From positions 210,001-242,000 of the forward strand of contig NC_008312.1 in the NCBI RefSeq assembly GCF_000014265.1: a stretch of DNA of 32,000 nt, written 5' to 3'. This document shows, in pieces, positions 29,488 to 32,000 of this stretch (the stretch's first letter is position 1; each line of letters starts with the position of its first letter). The DNA comes from Trichodesmium erythraeum IMS101. Lineage in GTDB: Bacteria; Cyanobacteriota; Cyanobacteriia; Cyanobacteriales; Microcoleaceae. The position numbers and the translations under genes are program-made. Below the pieces are notes generated by a model. It made no database searches. It was not told where the DNA came from and was given only the letters and a program-made list of their open reading frames with translations.

Positions 29488-29967
29488 TTAAGCAATGTCT
29501 GGAGGAATTTTACTAGGATTGGAACTAGAGGATGCCTGATACTGTCTGAGATATATACTTATCATTTTCTGGACATCCTCTCTTTTAACTTCCGTAGCTA
29601 CTGTTAAATCACCAGGTTTTTCAAAGAAAATAAGGCTGTCTAAAGGTTGAATTGCTATCATTTGAAAAAGTATATGAATAACTGGCATAGGTGTCGCTAC
29701 AACATTATCTTCCGAAATAGATGATGAGGCATCTTTCAGTGTAGGAAAAGCATAAATAACGCGTTTTTCTAAATCCAATTTACTGCGATGACCTAAAGTA
29801 GTTAAAACCCAATTTTGCGACAAAGTTTGCAAAATATAGTATTGCAAGTGCTGGAGTTGTTGAGCTAACAGTTTTAAAGCAGGTGTAATAGCCTCAACAA
29901 TTTGTGGTGTATTACCATCTTGGGGTGCATTTTTAATAAGTGTTTGTATTTGTTGCTCTAAGTACAT
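29488..29967 (-). CDS. Hypothetical protein
   Basis: 159-aa ORF with a clean ATG start and non-repetitive composition. It is divergent from the hetZ-like gene. I recognise no motif. Confidence 0.55.
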   Translation of the reverse strand: MYLEQQIQTLIKNAPQDGNTPQIVEAITPALKLLAQQLQHLQYYILQTLSQNWVLTTLGHRSKLDLEKRVIYAFPTLKDASSSISEDNVVATPMPVIHILFQMIAIQPLDSLIFFEKPGDLTVATEVKREDVQKMISIYLRQYQASSSSNPSKIPPDIA

Positions 29968-30061
29968 AATTTAGTGTTTTTCATATTCTCATAAATTATC
30001 TAAAAAGTTAGGTGTATTTGTGATGACTTATAAAGTTTATTAGTAGTTAATTATTAATACA

Positions 30062-31228
30062 ATGATGGGGGAAATCTGCCAAGTTGGCGAAGAAATCTTA
30101 AAGCTACTCCTAGATGAATTTCAGCAGTCTACTCGTGGGTCAAGGCAAAATTGCCGAGAGGTGGCAGAACGTATTACACACGAAGTAGATAGGATTTGCA
30201 CAGAAAGTAAAAGAATTCAAGCTTCGGGAGAAGTGGGTAAATGGGCTAAAAATTTAGCTCTACATCGCTTGAAACGATGTATACATTACTACCAGCTTCG
30301 TTCTCAAGAAGGAAGAATAGAATTACATAGCACCTTCAGCGCTATTATTTATAGATATATCACTCCTGCCCAAATACAATCAAGTTATCAGGCCAAATTA
30401 AATCTGATAGAAGATTTTTTACAACAATTTTACCTGGAAACTTTGAATGCTTTTCGGCGAGAAAGTGAACTACCAGCAACTTATCGTCCCCGTACTTTGT
30501 TAGAACTTGCAGAGTATATGGCCTTTACCGAACGTTATGGAAAGAGACGTATACCTTTATCTGGTGGTCGTAGTCAACAATTGATTATTTTACGGGCACA
30601 AACATTTTCCCAACAACAACCAAAGGAAACATTTGTAGATATTGACCAAGCAGCAGAAGGAACAACTACTGACTCAGATAAGACTTGGAACGATAGATCT
30701 ATCCAAGAAGTTCGAGAAGCAATGGTTGCACAAGACCCAGGTAATAATATTGCTTCTTTGCGTCAGGTTGTGATTGAAGAACTAATGGCCTATCTAGAGG
30801 AACGTGAACAGAAAGACTGTGCAGATTACTTTGCATTGCGTTTACAAGATTTATCAACTGGAGAAATAGAATCTATCTTAGGTCTAACTCCCCGAGAAAG
30901 GGATTATTTACAGCAACGCTTTAAATACCATTTGCTCAAATTTGCTATGGGACATCGTTGGGAACTGGTTCATCAATGGTTAGAAGCAGATTTAGAACAA
31001 AATTTAGGCTTAACTCCTACGGAGTGGGAAGCCTTGCATCACAAAATTGATTCAGAGCAAAAAAATTTGCTAAAATTAAAACAACAAGGTATTTCCGATG
31101 ATGTGATCGCGAAAACTTTAGGTCGTAAAATCAACCAGGTTAAGAAAAAGTGGTATAAATTACTCGAACTTGCCTGGGAATTACGAAATCGTTCAGGTTC
31201 CGGAGCAGGGGCATCAAGTGATGAATAA
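30062..31228 (+). CDS. hetZ: HetZ-family regulator-like protein
   Basis: 388-aa ORF. It has two sigma-70 region-4-like HTH segments (GEIESILGLTPRERDYLQQRF and GISDDVIAKTLGRKINQVKKKW). Its size, and its overlap with a downstream patU-like ORF, match the hetZ-patU arrangement of filamentous cyanobacteria. The assignment is from memory of the family, not from a search. Confidence 0.55.
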   Translation: MMGEICQVGEEILKLLLDEFQQSTRGSRQNCREVAERITHEVDRICTESKRIQASGEVGKWAKNLALHRLKRCIHYYQLRSQEGRIELHSTFSAIIYRYITPAQIQSSYQAKLNLIEDFLQQFYLETLNAFRRESELPATYRPRTLLELAEYMAFTERYGKRRIPLSGGRSQQLIILRAQTFSQQQPKETFVDIDQAAEGTTTDSDKTWNDRSIQEVREAMVAQDPGNNIASLRQVVIEELMAYLEEREQKDCADYFALRLQDLSTGEIESILGLTPRERDYLQQRFKYHLLKFAMGHRWELVHQWLEADLEQNLGLTPTEWEALHHKIDSEQKNLLKLKQQGISDDVIAKTLGRKINQVKKKWYKLLELAWELRNRSGSGAGASSDE

Positions 31229-32000
31229 CGAAACGAACAAACAGGTGGAAATTTTTGAAAAAAATTTCTTTGATTGGCTTCTATCGAAGCCAAATTCTAC
31301 AGAAATATCAACAGTAATAGATAGTCCAAAGTCCATAAATAATATGGAAGCAGAAGTCAAGGAAGAGTTGGACGAACTCTATCCAGATGATTCCGAAGAA
31401 ATTGGCTGTCTCAACTGCAACGGACGTCCACCAATGCCACTGGGAGAAGTACTAACTGTGTATAATCGTTTCGAGTCATTGTTACAAAAACGGATGAAAA
31501 CTGAGATTGAATCTAAACCACCACTGTTTCCTTGGGAAGAAGTGGGATACGATACTGACTATCCAGACGTTGAAGCTAAAGATTTAGTTTTCCCAATTCC
31601 TCCTTGGGCATCACAAATGAAAAATATCAAGTGGAGAAACTTATCTATACCTTTAACATATAGTGTATTTACTCGACTTTTGCAGTCTTGCCAAGAGATT
31701 GTGCAATCCAATTTACTACCTGGTAGTAGATTGGTTAAAGTTGTAGATAATTTGTTCCCTGGCCAATCTCAGTCCCTAAATCATTTAGCCAGCTTAGTCT
31801 TAGTGGGTCAAACCCGTGATGGAGAGTTGCCTTCCCTGGAAGTTATAACTTACAATAGTGCAACTCCAAGACAACAAATGTTGTTGTCTTTACTTGCTGC
31901 TAAAGAGATTCTATCATCTTTAACTTTGATCTGTTATTTAAACGGGTCAGTGGTAAGAAGACAGTGGGAAACTGCTGTAGGTTTGATTAATATTGAGGCT
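31221..32000 (+). CDS. patU: PatU-like protein, 5' partial (runs off the window)
   Basis: The frame is open for 260 codons from ATG 31221 to the window edge. It is absent from the ORF track because no stop is reached. The start overlaps the hetZ-like stop by 8 nt (ATGAATAA). It contains a PPLFPWEE segment. Confidence 0.45.
   Translation, partial: MNNETNKQVEIFEKNFFDWLLSKPNSTEISTVIDSPKSINNMEAEVKEELDELYPDDSEEIGCLNCNGRPPMPLGEVLTVYNRFESLLQKRMKTEIESKPPLFPWEEVGYDTDYPDVEAKDLVFPIPPWASQMKNIKWRNLSIPLTYSVFTRLLQSCQEIVQSNLLPGSRLVKVVDNLFPGQSQSLNHLASLVLVGQTRDGELPSLEVITYNSATPRQQMLLSLLAAKEILSSLTLICYLNGSVVRRQWETAVGLINIEA

Noticed and set aside
29968-30061. I searched for a HetR-binding inverted repeat upstream of the hetZ-like gene.
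   Set aside because: No GAGGGG...CCCCTC-type palindrome is present. I record this as an absence only.
1-32000. I looked for CRISPR arrays, tRNA, rRNA and tmRNA genes.
   Set aside because: I saw no regularly spaced 25-40-bp direct repeats, no T-loop-like GGTTCGAAT/GTTCRANYC context with matching acceptor stems, and no rRNA-like conserved blocks. This was a scan by eye only; tRNAscan, Infernal or a CRISPR finder would be decisive.

Overview
This is an AT-rich cyanobacterial chromosome segment. It carries at least eight HIP1 octamers (GCGATCGC), a hetZ/patU-like gene pair and a plastoquinone-type prenyl diphosphate synthase. Only about half of the window looks coding. The rest is MITEs, hairpin repeats and four decayed IS copies, which resembles Trichodesmium-type filamentous genomes (an inference I cannot verify here). 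Left to right:
- ParA plus an atypical ParB/Srx-like partner (22-1856).
- An envelope-glycan cluster of membrane protein, GT4, pyruvyl transferase and GT2 (2926-8829).
- A Rho_N-domain protein.
- A ParB-like pseudogene split by a MITE.
- The most interesting locus: a same-strand trio of a multi-winged-helix protein, an ORC/Cdc6-like AAA+ ATPase and a Cas4-family Fe-S nuclease-like protein (11200-15456), abutted by IS701- and IS630-family wrecks.
- A TgpA-like transglutaminase membrane protein whose catalytic triad appears ablated.
- A 5.6-kb gene desert with IS1 and IS630 remnants.
- sds, a hypothetical gene, a hetZ-like gene and the 5' part of a patU-like gene.
I saw no rRNA, tRNA or CRISPR array. 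All family assignments come from motif recognition by eye; no database search was possible.
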